Source: the human T2T-CHM13v2.0 reference genome, Homo sapiens. From it: 64,000 nucleotides of DNA. This document shows, piece after piece, positions 41,932 to 55,571 of the stretch (within the stretch, counting starts at the first letter, position 1; each line of letters starts with the position of its first letter). Location: the NCBI RefSeq assembly GCF_009914755.1, contig NC_060930.1. One strand, given 5' to 3'. Position numbers and translations under genes: made by a program. A model generated the notes under the pieces. The model saw nothing but the letters and a program-made list of their open reading frames with translations, did no database searches and was not told where the DNA came from.

Positions 41932-42292
41932 TGTTTTAGTCAGTTTAGGCTGCTATAACAAAATACCATAGACTGGATGGCTTATAAAAAACAAAAATTT
42001 ATTTCTCACAGTTCTGAAGGCTAGATGTCAGAAATCAGGGTGTCAGTATGGTTAAGTTCTGCTAAAGGCTGTCCTCCAGATTGCAGACTGCTATCTTGTT
42101 ATATCTTCACAAGACAGAAAAAGGGTAAGAAGGCTCATTGAGGTCTCTTTGAGAAGGGCACTAATCTCATTCATGAAGGCTCCACCCTCATGATCTAATT
42201 ACCTCCCAAAGGCCTCATGCCCTCCTACTGTAACACTGAGTGTTAGGATTTCAACATATGAATTTTGAAGGACAAACTTTCAGACCATAACA
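41932..42292 (-). mobile_element. MLT1A0 (MaLR) solo LTR
   Basis: ggctgctataacaaaataccatagactgg ... aagggcactaatctcattcatgaaggctccaccctcatgatctaattacctcccaaagg ... cagaccataaca; near-TSD ccatg/ccctg. Confidence 0.92.
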
Positions 42293-44907
42293 CCCTGTTT
42301 TAGTCCCACAGTATACAGTAAAGAATATCATATATGCTAGTATTGTCTTGTGTTCTGGTCTTTATTAAATTTAAATAATTGAGATGAGTAACCTGACCCA
42401 TATCTTCTTCTGATGGCATCTGTGGAAAGGGAGCATCTCCTTTCAGGTGACATATCTAGAAGTTCTAGGTAGTGATCAGAGCAAAATGAGTAGAGATCCT
42501 TAGAAGACCTGGCAGAAATGATGATTTAGTAGTCATTACATTTGATATTCTTGTATGTCATTGGGGTGTGTATGAAAAGAATAAAGCATGTGCTCAGCTC
42601 TAGGTTGAAAGCAAGTTTCTTATACAGTGTTTAAAATCCTATGCTTTAAGTAAAATTACTTCCATTTTATATCTAAGTAAATGAGTTTCACCAAACTTAA
42701 GAAACCGACAAGATACAACTGTAAAAGTTGCTGTCAGAACTCAAAACCTCTTTGAATATTAACTTTGTTCTCAAAGCTATATTTTCATAACTGTAATAAT
42801 GGACATTTGTCTTTAGAGGCTGAATTCACTTTATATATTTTTGCTTAGTTTGTTAATTTTGTTAAAATGAAAGTAAAACCATGTTATTAAACAGAATATT
42901 TTAAAATTTAAGAAAACATGGAATGTAGTAACACAGAAACTGGTGGATATTATACTTCTATACCTGAGGATAAAATTTCAGTCATTGTGGTGGATGCAGG
43001 GATCTGCTAACCAGATAATCTGTAAAGAAGGGCCTACTGCCCCAGCTGCTGGGAGTGCTGTCAGGCTTTGGCTATTAGCACCTTGAAGAATTGTCTCAGC
43101 TTCATAAAGCTTCCTTGCCCACATCCATGGCCTTCTGGGGAAGCTCACTTCTGGTGACAAATTCAGGTGTGGGTTTGGAGGCCCAGTTACTTGGGTTTGA
43201 CCCGGGACCACCCTGAAGGCCACTTTAGGTTCTGTTCTTCTCATGGAGTTGACAGAGGCTTTCAGATCACATTACAAACTAACTTCTCTCTCTTCTCAAT
43301 CCTGCTTCTTCTTCTTTCATAGCAAAGATGTTGATCATAATGGCCTCCCTCAAAAATATCCTGAACACTAAATTTGGCTTCCAGACTGTTTCCTGGGTTT
43401 TCCAAACAGTGAAAGTTTCTGTTTGGAGTATCCCCAGAAAGCAGGTGAAAAGTTGTTGTCTTGGAGCTGGATCAGCAGGCCCTTGGCTGGCAATGAGGAA
43501 CTCATTATGGTGGTGGGTCAAACACAGTTAACCTTGGCATAAGGTATTTCTACACTTGTTCAAATTTTAATGGTTAATTAGGATTATATAATGGTGGAAA
43601 AATAGCTATCTCACTAGATAATTCACATATTTGAAAAACATGGAGAAAATAGAAATTATAAGAACAATGGAACTTGTTGGCCGTTGCCAATATTGCTAAA
43701 CTAAACTGGAGATCTAGAAAAAATAATGAAATTCCGAGATGAGTCAGAGGCAGTTGACAGTCAGGATGTAATATATTTCCCTTGCTTGAAAACAACTGGG
43801 GACCTCTATGTATGCATCTGTATATGAATCTCTCTGAATCTGTCTCCACTTTCTCTCTTGGTTGCTAAATCTATACTTAGGGTTAAATTGTAGCAAAACT
43901 CAGCTGGAGATATTCAGGGCCTGAGAAGAAAGGAAAGGGAACATACCACTAAGGAGCTGCTTGACATAAATGTATACCCCAGCAGTAGTTGAGGGAGAAT
44001 ATATGGGACTGCCTTCTAAAAGGATTTGAAAAAGAGAGAAAACATGAATTTGGAAAGGGCATGTTTACTGATTCAGATTCATTCTTTTGAGATTCAGGAT
44101 TCATCACCTAAAAACAACTCAACCCCAGAAAAAAAGTAAACTCATTATTAGTAGGTCTGATAAATAGGTAAAAATGATGATTTATGCTCAATGAAGGCAT
44201 ATTGCTTCCAATGTCATGTTAATTGATGAAAGAAAGGATTAAAAGACTCAGAGGAGTTATTATGCAAGAGGTATATACTGTAAGGCTGGAACCATCAGAT
44301 GTTCTATGTGAAGGCCTAGTGGTACATCATATAATGAGATCACATAAAATACACTGGTGAGAAGAAGCACTACCCCTAGAATTTCATCATGCCTAAGGTG
44401 AATTCCTTCAGTAGGTTGATGCTGATGGTAAGAGAGACTCTTACAGACCTAGCCTTGTAGTTTACAATGGGGATAATAGGCTCATAAAATAAGAAAGGCA
44501 AGGTGGTAACACTTAACTGTCAGAAGCTAGAAGATAGACAGAAGCAAAGTTAGTGTGGCAGCCAGGGGAGACTGACCTACAGGTATTTACGAAGATACAT
44601 TTATAAGGATGGTTGATAGAATACGGGATCCCTGTGGGTAAATTAGATCGACAGCCAATAAGCACCCTACTCAACATATACTAATAAATAGATCATGATT
44701 GGATGATCAGGAGGCCAATGGCTGTTGCCTCAATAAAATAGTCAGGATCTCTTGCCTTATGTCTGGGTATTAGCCAATTTTTGAACTTGGAACATATTGA
44801 TTTCATCAGAGGCCAGGTCCCCAAAAGGGAGGACCCTATAACACCCTGCCATTTGTACATGGTCATAATACCTGCAGTCCTTTGCCAAAACATGGCCATT
44901 TACTTAG

Positions 44908-44973
44908 ATGACTGAACACTGGGGAAAGGGAAATATCCAAACAGTTAAAGGACTGTTGAACACAGAGCTGAGG
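44908..44973 (+). pseudogene. ERV-L protease remnant
   Basis: Translates as MTEHWGKGNIQTVKGLLNTELR, resembling ERV-L VHWGKGN..GLLDTGSEL with the catalytic D changed to N. Confidence 0.7.
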
Positions 44974-45579
44974 ATGGTACACAGTTGACTATGTTACACA
45001 GTTGACAAAGGTACATGGAAATGAAGGGCTTCATTGTGTTCCCTCCGTTAATTTAGGAGGCCAAGCAATAAATGCAGTCCTGGCTAAGGTCCAGATCACA
45101 GTGAGTTTGCTGTGCCCACAGAGCCAGTCAGTAGTTGTCACTGTAGCTCCAGAATTTATAATCAAAATATGCATACCTGGTAGTTAGTATAAGCCCCATA
45201 TTAATTTATGACTTGTGAGTAAAAACAAGTTGAAGTTTCTGAAATTACCCCTGACACATACACACATAACCAAGTTAGTAAATTAAAAACAATATTATAT
45301 CCACTATCACATCAAGAAGCTATAGTCTTATGAAAACTACAAAGGCATGGATGGAGTACCAGTTTGTTGGACATACCTTACAATAATAAGACACTGTCTT
45401 CTAAGACATAATATATACCTAAATCAAAGATATTGATTTGGTTATTTTCTCATAAGTAAAATATACAGGTTTGGGAATTAAGGGTTGGAAATAGGAGTAG
45501 CCTACTGCCATCATTCCAGTGCCTTACCTGTAGACCATTTTCTCCCTGTCTCCATAATTCTATGTTCTACATGATTAAA

Positions 45580-45780
45580 GTTCCTAGTTCCCTGTGGGGG
45601 AACACTTCTACCAGGGAACACAAAAAAGTCCCATTGAATTTTATACCTTGGCTATTGCCTGGGAGCTTTGGGTTTCTCCTGCTGAGGGATTAAATGTAAG
45701 TTAATGAATAACCATCTTGGCAGTGGTAATTGACTTTGATCATCATAAGAATGTTGTAGCACTGTTACACAATGGGGCAG
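45580..45780 (+). pseudogene. ERV-L dUTPase remnant
   Basis: LVPCGGTLLPGNT upstream, then AVVIDFDHHKNVVALLHNGA at 45720-45779, resembling the dUTPase motif GVIDPDYQGEIGLLLHNGG; frameshifted. Confidence 0.65.
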
Positions 45781-48627
45781 GCAGGAATATGTTTGGCACA
45801 CAGATCATCCACGCCACTAAAACCAACAGAACTATTACCTGAGGATGAAAGGACTCTAGAATGAATAATGGAGAAGAGAGATAATAAGTATTAGTTGTAC
45901 CAAAATCAGCTGTAGGAAGTGAGGCTATAATTTGTTCCATTTATCTTTCCATTCTAGATTTTCCCCAGACTGAAAGGCCCACATGAACTACAGGAAAAGC
46001 TGTCCACCAAACATCTGTGAAAAAATGAATCTGATTGCGATACAAGGGATGAACTATGGTAGATCCAAACGCATCCCCCATACACATCCCCAGGTAAGCA
46101 CTTATGGTGCCATCTGTTGGGAGGGCTCTCAATAGACAGCCTTCATCTCTGAGTTCCTCAGGGATTTCCACAGCTGCAGAGATCTGTGTTGCCTAAGGTC
46201 ATGCCCTTCTAGGGGAAGCCTATATCTAATGCCTGTTTCAGGTAAGGGTTATTCAAAGATCTAGTTATTTGCTCTCGGTGTAAGAACATTCTGTGGGATC
46301 CCTTACTTCCAGAGCTCTCCATGAATTTGGCTGAAGCCCTTAGGCCTGTTCTGTAGTGCAACCTTATCTCTCTTTCCAATCATGCTTCCTCCCTTTCTTT
46401 CCATAGGTTTTGATGTCATGGCTATTCCTTAATATTCATTCTAAACATTGCATTTTGTTTCAGGGTCTGCTTCCTGGAAGGCCCAACCTGTGACTGTCAT
46501 TTAAAAAATGTTCTGTTTTTTTTTTGTCCAGTTCCTTTTTTTTAAATTTACAAAAAAAATCTAAAATCAAATTAACATCCCAGATTCGGTGAATATTTGT
46601 GTTGTTTGAACAGGTATTTACAGATGCCCACTCTGTGCCAGAAAAAAAGTGAACTCTGCAGGGAAGATGACAGACAACATCTTTTCCTTTGCTTAGCCTA
46701 GAGTCTAGTGTAATATAAATAAACTAAACAATAATCACACAAATAATTACAATTATTGTAAAAGTGAAAGAGGAAAAACTGTAGAATATCTCTCTTAGTC
46801 CAAAATGAGTTAAGGTTAGATTCTTAAAACAGTAACATTATTAAAAAGAATAATTACTGGAAGGAAAAAAAGTAATGGAGGGACAGAGTCAACAAACACG
46901 GAACATAGACAAAGTCTGATAAAAACAGCAACAGTAATTACAGCCACAACCAACAACAAATTTATGATATCACCAAAGGAGAAGACAGTCTTTTAAAAGC
47001 TGTCTTCCATCTGTTCCTACCATAAAGTAGAGCTTAGCTCAAGAGAAATAAAAAAGATTCCAATTCAGTTCACTTATGAAAACTTCCAGGCAATGTTGAT
47101 TTGTCGTGCTGCAAACATAAAAGTAAACATTCTTTTGTAACTTTTTTTTCTCTCTCCATTCTTATTGATATCTACTGAGAGCATTTTTCTTGCACATTCT
47201 GAGGCTCGTTTTTGTAGTTTTATGTTCAATCCCTGGTTACCCACATGAAGGCAATACCTTTTTATGCCAGTGAAAATATCAACTACTTCATTTGTGGTGC
47301 TTTGCATAGACTACGTTTGGAAAGTGAGAGGAAAATGTGCCAGAGAAGATAAAACACAAATAAAGCAAATCTGCGGAAACAAAACATTTGCATAAAAGAT
47401 CCCTTCATTTTATCTGTCACATAAAAAGTAGCTATGTATGAACAAATGATATAAAAGTGAAAAATGATATAAAAGTGAAATAAGAAAAACAACGTTTTCA
47501 TCAAATTCAGTTATTTTTCTATTTAATTTAAAAGGATATTAATTTTTGGTAGAATGTCAGGATTCTCCATGACCACTCAACCGAGTTGGAAAAAAAAAAG
47601 GTAAATAGCAAATGGACAACAAAAATATGTTCAATTTATAGTAAATATAATAAAGCATTTTATACTATTCTTACATTAAATAAAACAAGAATATTTTAAA
47701 ATTTTCAAATATTTGGAGAAATTTTAATATACCAAAATAAGGCATTTGTACTTTGAGTTATTCAGTATCAACATTTCTAACAAATCAAAATTTTACGTGT
47801 TGAATATCTCTTGGGTACCATTTAAAAATACTGATGCCAAAAATATGAGTGTTTCGGTTGGAAAGGAAATTCAAAGCACTCAATGAATTGTAGGGAACGC
47901 TTTGAATTTTAGATTGACACTCTTGACAATTTCATGACTCCTGTTTTTTTCCATTGTTTCTGTCAATGTAATTATCTTACTATTATATTTAGTCCAAGTC
48001 TCCTGTCAAAACTAGCCCTATAAAATGTCTACTGGCAAGTCTGAGTCTACTTGCTTTCTGTCCAGCCCAATTTGCTTTTTTTTCCCCCCAGCAATTGCTT
48101 TAAATATTCTAGCCAACTGTAATAAGCTGTTCTTTTTCTTTGCAGGCTGCTACAAGCTATTCTTATTTACAGTACCCATTCTTGAAAACTACTCAATGGT
48201 TTTGGGATCCTGCTTTGGTTTTAACAAGACTCTATGTTTCTGTTTCTCATTATTGCATTTTCATGTCTAGATTACTCAAGGGTTTAAACTGAATTATTCC
48301 TTCAATTTCAAAGACCAGTTTCTTTAAAAAAAAAAAAAACTGTGAGCTTAGGGGCAAAGAAAGGCTTTTATAAAAAATGATTTGGGAGAAGTGAGAGAGA
48401 TAAATTTTTATTTTATACATTTTATGATAAAGTATATATATTGACCATTATAATATTAGCATTATAAAACTAATACATTATAATATTAGTGTCATAATAT
48501 GAATATATTATGATTAGTACAACAATGTAGATTTATAAAATTTAAGATAGAGACTCCAGACAAGAAATGCTTATTAGCTTTGTTTGTAGAATTTATAAAG
48601 AACTGAATCATTTATAGAAAGAACTGA

Positions 48628-48935
48628 GGCCAGGCACAGTGGCTCACACCTGTAATCCCAGCACTTTGCGAGGCCAAGGCAGGTGGATCACGAGGTTAGG
48701 AGTTTGAGACCAGCCTGGCAAACATAGTGAAACCTCATCTCTACTAAAAATACAAAAAATTAGCTGGGCGTGCTGGTGGGCACCTGTAATCCCACCTCCT
48801 ACTTGGGAGGCTGAGGCAGGAGAATTGCTTGAACCCAGGAGACAGAGGGTGCAGTGAACTGAGATGGTGCCACTGCACTTCAGCCTGGGCGACAGGGCAA
48901 GACTCTGTCTTAAAAAAAAAAAAAAAAAGAAAAAA
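48628..48935 (+). mobile_element. AluSg-like
   Basis: Full dimer; ggatcacgagg..agtttgagaccagcc; poly-A tail. Confidence 0.93.
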
Positions 48936-48994
48936 TTTAATTAAATAAATAAAAAGAGAAATAAGAAACAGGCCATTCAGCAGGATCTTTAGGT

Positions 48995-49128
48995 TATTTA
49001 TTATTATTAATAATAATTATTATTACTATTTTAGAGATGGACCCTCACTATGTTGCTCAGACTGGACTCAGACTCCTGGACTTGAGCCATTCTCCTTCTC
49101 AGCCTCCAAAGTAGCTGGGATTACAGGT
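48995..49128 (-). mobile_element. FLAM/AluJ left monomer lacking its 5' end
   Basis: (TTA)n tail; agagatggaccctcactatgttgctcagactgg..gtagctgggattacaggt. Confidence 0.8.
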
Positions 49129-49200
49129 TGCTGTGAGCTGAGATTGCGCCACTGCACTCAAGCCTGGGAGACAGAGCAAGATTCCATTTCAAAAAAAAAG
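49125..49200 (+). mobile_element. Alu right-arm 3' fragment
   Basis: aggttgctgtgagctgagattgcgccactgcactcaagcctgggagacagagcaagattccatttc plus A9. Confidence 0.88.
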
Positions 49201-50112
49201 AGTAAGCTCTAAATAATTACCTTTTAGTAGTTATCATCTCATAATTTTTGAGATAAACTTTTTAAAAGATAATGTGCTTTTTTAAATGACTATCTGTTTA
49301 TAAAAATCAATTATAGTCAATTTATTTCCTGAAATACTTGGAAGAAGAATTTATACTCTTGTAAATTAGAAATTTCCTCAACATAGTGTAATGGAATCTT
49401 ATTTAGAAAGTAAAATCAAGTAAGCGTGTTTAACATCAGTTTTGTTCAGAATAAAAATATTTGGAAGGAGCATAAATAATAGGTAAGAACAAAAAGAAAT
49501 TAGATGTATTTCACTAGGGCTGGTATTTCATGAAATAATATTATATAAATTATAAATTCTAATAGCATTAACCTCATCAGTAATATTATAATATGAAGAA
49601 TATTAATCAGGAGATTGTATAAAATTTAAATAGAAATTAAACCAAAATTAAAGGAAGAAATATCCTATGAAAATCTTTGGGAAGTACATGATTTTTACTA
49701 TTGGATAATTTTCTAGCTTCTCTGCTCTTTTTCTCTTCTCTTACAGCAGAATACTGTCAAATCTAAAGAAATAGTACCTAAAATAGCAAAACAGATCCAT
49801 GTTTCATATATTATATCACACCCAAAATCACATGGCACAGTTTTACAAGCAGAGATAGGTTTTATTAGGTGGTAAAAATCTCATCCGTAGTTTTTAAAGC
49901 TACCTACAATATTTGGTAGTTGGCAGTTCTGATATTTTGCAGCAAAAACAATCAACTTATATGAAACAGTTACAAGAAATATCAAATATTTACAAAATAT
50001 TCACCAAAGCTGAAAATAATTATCCCTTCTCTCCAGGCCACAACCTATACTAATTTTCATAGCATCCAGTTATCATTTGTCCTACTGTGGTTTGTTTGTT
50101 ACCTTTGCACAT

Positions 50113-50827
<715 letters not shown>

Positions 50828-51062
50828 CACATAAACGTATTTTATATTCCTATCTAAATTGAGACGAGATTACCTTGTACTACTTTATACTTCTCTTAGC
50901 TACTATTTCTCTATTCCTTGTATATACATACTTGTTTCACTAATTCATCCGTATTTAGTTTCCGCAAGGAAGCTCAGAAAAGATGAGATTTTTCTACTAA
51001 ATAGTTTGTAAACCAGTGGAAAGAAGTTAGATTGAAAGATTTAAAATCAAGAAACACTTCCT

Positions 51063-51225
51063 GGCCAGGCATGGTGGCTCACGCCTGTAATCCTAACACT
51101 CTGGGAGGCCGAGGCAGAAAGATTGCTTGAGCCCAGGGGCTCGATACCAGCTAGGGCAACTAGCAAGACCCTGTCTCTATAAAATAATAAAATAACAAAT
51201 AAATAAATAATAAAAACAATAAATA
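51063..51225 (+). mobile_element. FLAM_C / free left Alu monomer
   Basis: ggccaggcatggtggctcacgcc..attgcttgagcccagg..gcaagaccctgtctct plus A-rich tail; no right arm. Confidence 0.85.
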
Positions 51226-51694
51226 TTCAGCAGCAATAAATATTCAGGAAGGGAGAAGAAGAAAAAACAAAAGAAAAATCAGAAGAAAATTTAAGACATG
51301 GAATTTTAAAGAGGACGAATACAGAATGACTGGCCTGTTATTTTTTGCTTTAAGTACTTCAGATGTTTGGTTAAATAAATAAATAAATCCAGTAAGCAAA
51401 ATAATTTTTATAAAATGCAACATCAACCTTTTGTGCCTAGTTCAAAACTTTTAGTTTTTTTTTTGGAATCTTTCCTGTTGCTAGAATGCCTCATTTCTAT
51501 ATTTGAGTGTTTGATGCATAGCATCGGACTTATTTAAGAATGGTTTGAATCCTCTCTTCTTTAGAGAATAGAGTGAAAGCTATTTTTAGTAAAATACACA
51601 AATGGAAGAGAATAGAAATAACTAAGTGTAGGAGATCATGGAGTCAAAAGACTTTCAAAACTTCTGTTTTCAGCTTCTTTCTTTCTTTCTAGGT

Positions 51695-51905
51695 CTATTA
51701 TAATGGCTAATGTTGATTGAGTACTTAGTGCTGGGCAGTGTTATATTCATATGACATTTATCACCCCACTTAATCTTCTCAGCCCTTCCGTAAGTTAGAT
51801 GTTGTTATTATGCTTATTTTATAAATGAAGGAATAATTGCAGAAATGTTCAGCATCTTGCCTCTTGCCCAAGGTGGAGCCAGAACATATGATTTCATGCT
51901 AAGTA
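51695..51905 (-). mobile_element. MIR
   Basis: taatggctaatgttgattgagtactt..ttaatcttctcagcc..attttataaatgaaggaa..ttgcccaaggt. Confidence 0.75.
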
Positions 51906-54337
51906 GGTCACTGCAAATTCTAATTATTGTTTGAAATATAAAAATCAATGCAATTAGCTGAGCTCATATTGATTACATCTAAAGTGTATGTTACGTGCCA
52001 ATGATATATTTTTGGAAATTTTCAGATTAAGAACATGCCAAGAACTCAGGGTGCCAATACACTATGTCCTCATTCCCTTCTCTGAAAGTGAAAGTCAGGA
52101 ATGGGGGGGACAGGCACCAGCTGATTTCTACTGTGACAGAGTTTAGGGAGAGCAAAAAATATTGTCTCTGAGAATAGCTTTACAAATGTGAACTCATGAA
52201 TTCTCAAATTATTACAATTAATATAAAGATTTTTAAAAACATATCTCTACAAGTAGACCAAAGACATGATGATAATGGAATGCCATAGCAGGTTGAGTAA
52301 TATCCTTATGAATCACAATTATTACCACAGCTTAAGTGTAATTAAAAATCAGCCTTTCCACCCAACAGAAGGGCCTTACCTACAGAACAAAGCAAGTAAT
52401 ATATTTATTGTCTTGGGCATTCTGTGGACTTCCCATGTAACACTTGAGGGATTCCAAAAAATTGTTGTAATACACAGTACTAAAATTTGTGAGTATAAAA
52501 GGTATTCTTATAGAAGTTTTGAAACTCTGTAAAGAAAAAATAAGTTGGAGAGGAGGAAGGAAAGACTTTCTATGAGTTGAAAATACATCATTGTAATGAT
52601 GATAAAATCATTCCCATTCTTCAAAGCCCTTGGCTACCATAATGATTATCGTTCACCACCTGTCGTCATTGGGAGAATAAAAGACAAGTTTTCATACAGT
52701 CATAAAGATGAGTGTTTGACAAAGAACCTACTCGCTTATGCTTCTTGTTTGCTTCCTTTTCTTTTAATATGAAAAGAATAATTCTTGTTATTTTTATACA
52801 TAATTTTTAATAACTTCTGAGGATTATAATGACAATTTTAATAAATTTTAGTAGGTGCTTACTCTAACATTCACCATTACAAGACCTTTGAAATGAAGTT
52901 ATGGGATTTATATCTATTTCTTTTTGGCTGAGTCTTGAAGTTATAAAAGGATATAGATTTATTTTTGTGCTGGTTTGAACATTGCCAACCTAAAAATTAT
53001 CTACTCTATGGCTATAATTAGTCAATGATATAAATTTCAAGTCAATATTTCTTGTTGTATTAGAATCTGTTAGATTTATATTTTACAAAATGCAATTAAG
53101 ATATAGCATGAAGTCATTGTGATTAATGAATAAATCTGTAACATAGATAAAAAAGAATATGGTACTTAAATGTTACTGGTTTGACAATTTATTTTCAAAA
53201 TGTGTGTGAAAAATCTAGTCCATGTTTATGAATTAGAATGCATTTATTTGTTATGTAAAACATTGTAGCAAGGTTATGATAAACCCCTGAATAAATTGTG
53301 ATAGTGTTATGCTTTAAATACTAGCATAAATATTAATAGCATAAATACATTATTTTTCTAGAATGTTGAACTATTATTTTATAATTTATATTTTAAATGT
53401 TATTTAGGAATATGGAAGCATTATTTAAATACCCTTATTTTAAAAAGATATTAGCTCTTGAAAGGCTTGGTACAATGGCTAATATTTTAAAATATATTAC
53501 TACAATGCCTCTTTTAAATGTATTCTTGTTTGTTTTTTAAAAGAGTTAATAATAGATACATGTGGTCAGGCAGCTTATCTAACTCAATTTGATAATTTTA
53601 AACTTGTTCAATTATGCTTACAATTTTCTTATTAAATATGTATTAGTCATGATGTGATATAAAAATTAGATTTTAAAATATTAAGAAAAATTCAAGCTGC
53701 ATCTACTTGTGTTACTTATAAAAGAGTTTATGTAATTGAAAGCAAATGTATCTTTTTTAAAAGATGAATTTCCCATAGTTATGCATCATTTATTTCAGGG
53801 CCTTATTTCTCTGTTTTTGTCCCTTTTATGGTACAAACATACATTTATTTCATGATGAAATAGGAACCATTCATCTAAATGGAATAGATTTCAATATGTT
53901 GCTATAAATATAAGAAAAAAATATAAGGGGTGGCAAAAAAGATCCCAAAGCAAAGCCTTATCAGCTAAAGGAATTGGATGAATAGTCGTATAGTCAGTCA
54001 GTGAGGCCCAGGAAAATATGTGCTTCAAATGTGTAAATAGGAGCGAACATGATCTATTTTAGCCTTCCCTAAACCAGTGTGAGAAGAAAAACTGTTCGAT
54101 TAACTGTGTTACAGGGGTTTTTGTTTGCTTCTTTCTTTCTTGAAATATCTACTAAGGGAACTAAAGATAAAATTATAAAAATCATTTGAAAAATTTCAGG
54201 ACATTATATTTCATTCTTAGTGGTATCTACAATTGTTGTCCAAAATGATAAAAGAAAAAAAGCAAAGAAAACCAAACCAAACATAAAACAAAGAAACATA
54301 GATATTAACAATGATATTAACCAATATATATATTCAC

Positions 54338-54446
54338 TAGTATTTTTGTGAATATCTGTGACAAATATCTTTGTATTGCTATATCTATATATTACTATGT
54401 AGTATTTTTGTGAATATCTTTGTCACAGATATTCACAAAAATACTA
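54338..54446. repeat. Direct plus inverted duplication with a 20-bp perfect hairpin
   Basis: A = tagtatttttgtgaatatctgtgacaaa (54338-54365); its first 20 nt recur at 54400-54419; exact reverse complement of A at 54419-54446. Confidence 0.95.
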
Positions 54447-55366
54447 AAGATCAAAACAAAAGCAAAACAAAGCTGTCACAGCATTTAAAGGATACTCTGC
54501 TTTCTTTTTGGAGGAAAGAACCTTGTTCTTGGTAGCAAAACAAATTTGATTTCTCCATAACCACACAATAATGACCTTTCTGGAAAAATAAATCAAAGTT
54601 CAGTTAAAAAGGGAAATACTATTGCCAAGAAATAATTGTGGTTAAATCTACTATTGTATATTATTCAGTAGTTCTATTTTTCATATTTTCTAATCTGATT
54701 TTCGTAACTCCCTGTATTGATATACTGAAATCTTGAAACAACGTAACTATTTACTACATTATATATTGCTTCTGGCAAAGACCCATTGCCACAGCACAGA
54801 CTTTTATTTCTTTTTGCCATGGTAACTTCTCACTGTCTCCCTCTGCTCAGAATGAAGGTGAGTAACTTTGAGCATTGACTTCCAAATGCAGTCAGAGCAT
54901 CGGCAGCAGATAGGCCTGAACAAGCTTCTTTAGGACTGTATGTTGAATTGTGTTCAGCCAAGTTTTGGACAGTTGAGAATATATATCCTGCCACATCTCA
55001 CTGCTCAACTAATTTCTCTTCTTTGGCTGCCACTGCTTATAACTTCCTATGCCAACGAGTTTCAGAATTGCTCAGTCTCTATGGATAAGAAAAGCACCAA
55101 CAGTACGTGATAATGGTGATAATGAGCTAAGTCTTTTATATCTAGCTTTGAATTTAACCACCAGGGCCCTTTGAAGAAGATGTACTGAGCTACATTTTAC
55201 AAAGGATGTGAAATATCATTCCCAGATTTATATAGCCATAAGGTGATTCAGCTGGAGTTTGAAGTTAAATTGGCCCAACACTAAAGCCCAAAACCATGTC
55301 ACCATACACATTGTTTGTCGGCAGGTGCCACTGCATATTTCTCTGCTATATAATGACTACCTCAAT

Positions 55367-55571
55367 CAGGGGTCAGCAAACATTTCTCTATAAAGAACTT
55401 GATAGTAAGGATTTTAGGCTTTGCAGGCTACCTCTGATTCTGTCATACAGTATTCTTATTTTGTTGTTTTACATAAACTTTTAACAATGTAAAAATATTC
55501 TTAGTTTGGAGTCATACAAAAATAGACTATGGGCAAAATTTGGCCAAGAAACCGTAGTTTTCCAAACCCTG
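55367..55571 (+). mobile_element. MER58 (MER58C-like) hAT-Charlie MITE
   Basis: TIRs caggggtcagcaaac / gttttccaaaccctg; gatagtaaggattttaggctttgcaggc; Charlie-type target atctagag on the right. Confidence 0.88.

Larger units (their letters stand above)
42986..46495 (+). mobile_element. Ancient ERVL provirus remnant (LTR16 - ERV3-16A3-type internal - LTR16)
   Basis: LTRs at ~42986-43414 and ~46055-46495; internal start ggagctggatca..ggctggcaatgagg; PPT-like caagggatgaac before the 3' LTR; perfect 5-bp TSD gtcat at 42981-42985 and 46496-46500. Confidence 0.85.

Noticed and set aside
47443-47480. Small tandem duplications (18 bp here; others near 40605, 44980 and 51228)
   Set aside because: Ordinary slippage duplications with no sign of function.
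48128-49750. Strong-looking + strand splice acceptors at ~48145 and ~49746
   Set aside because: No good donor within exon distance; polypyrimidine-AG sites are common in such DNA.
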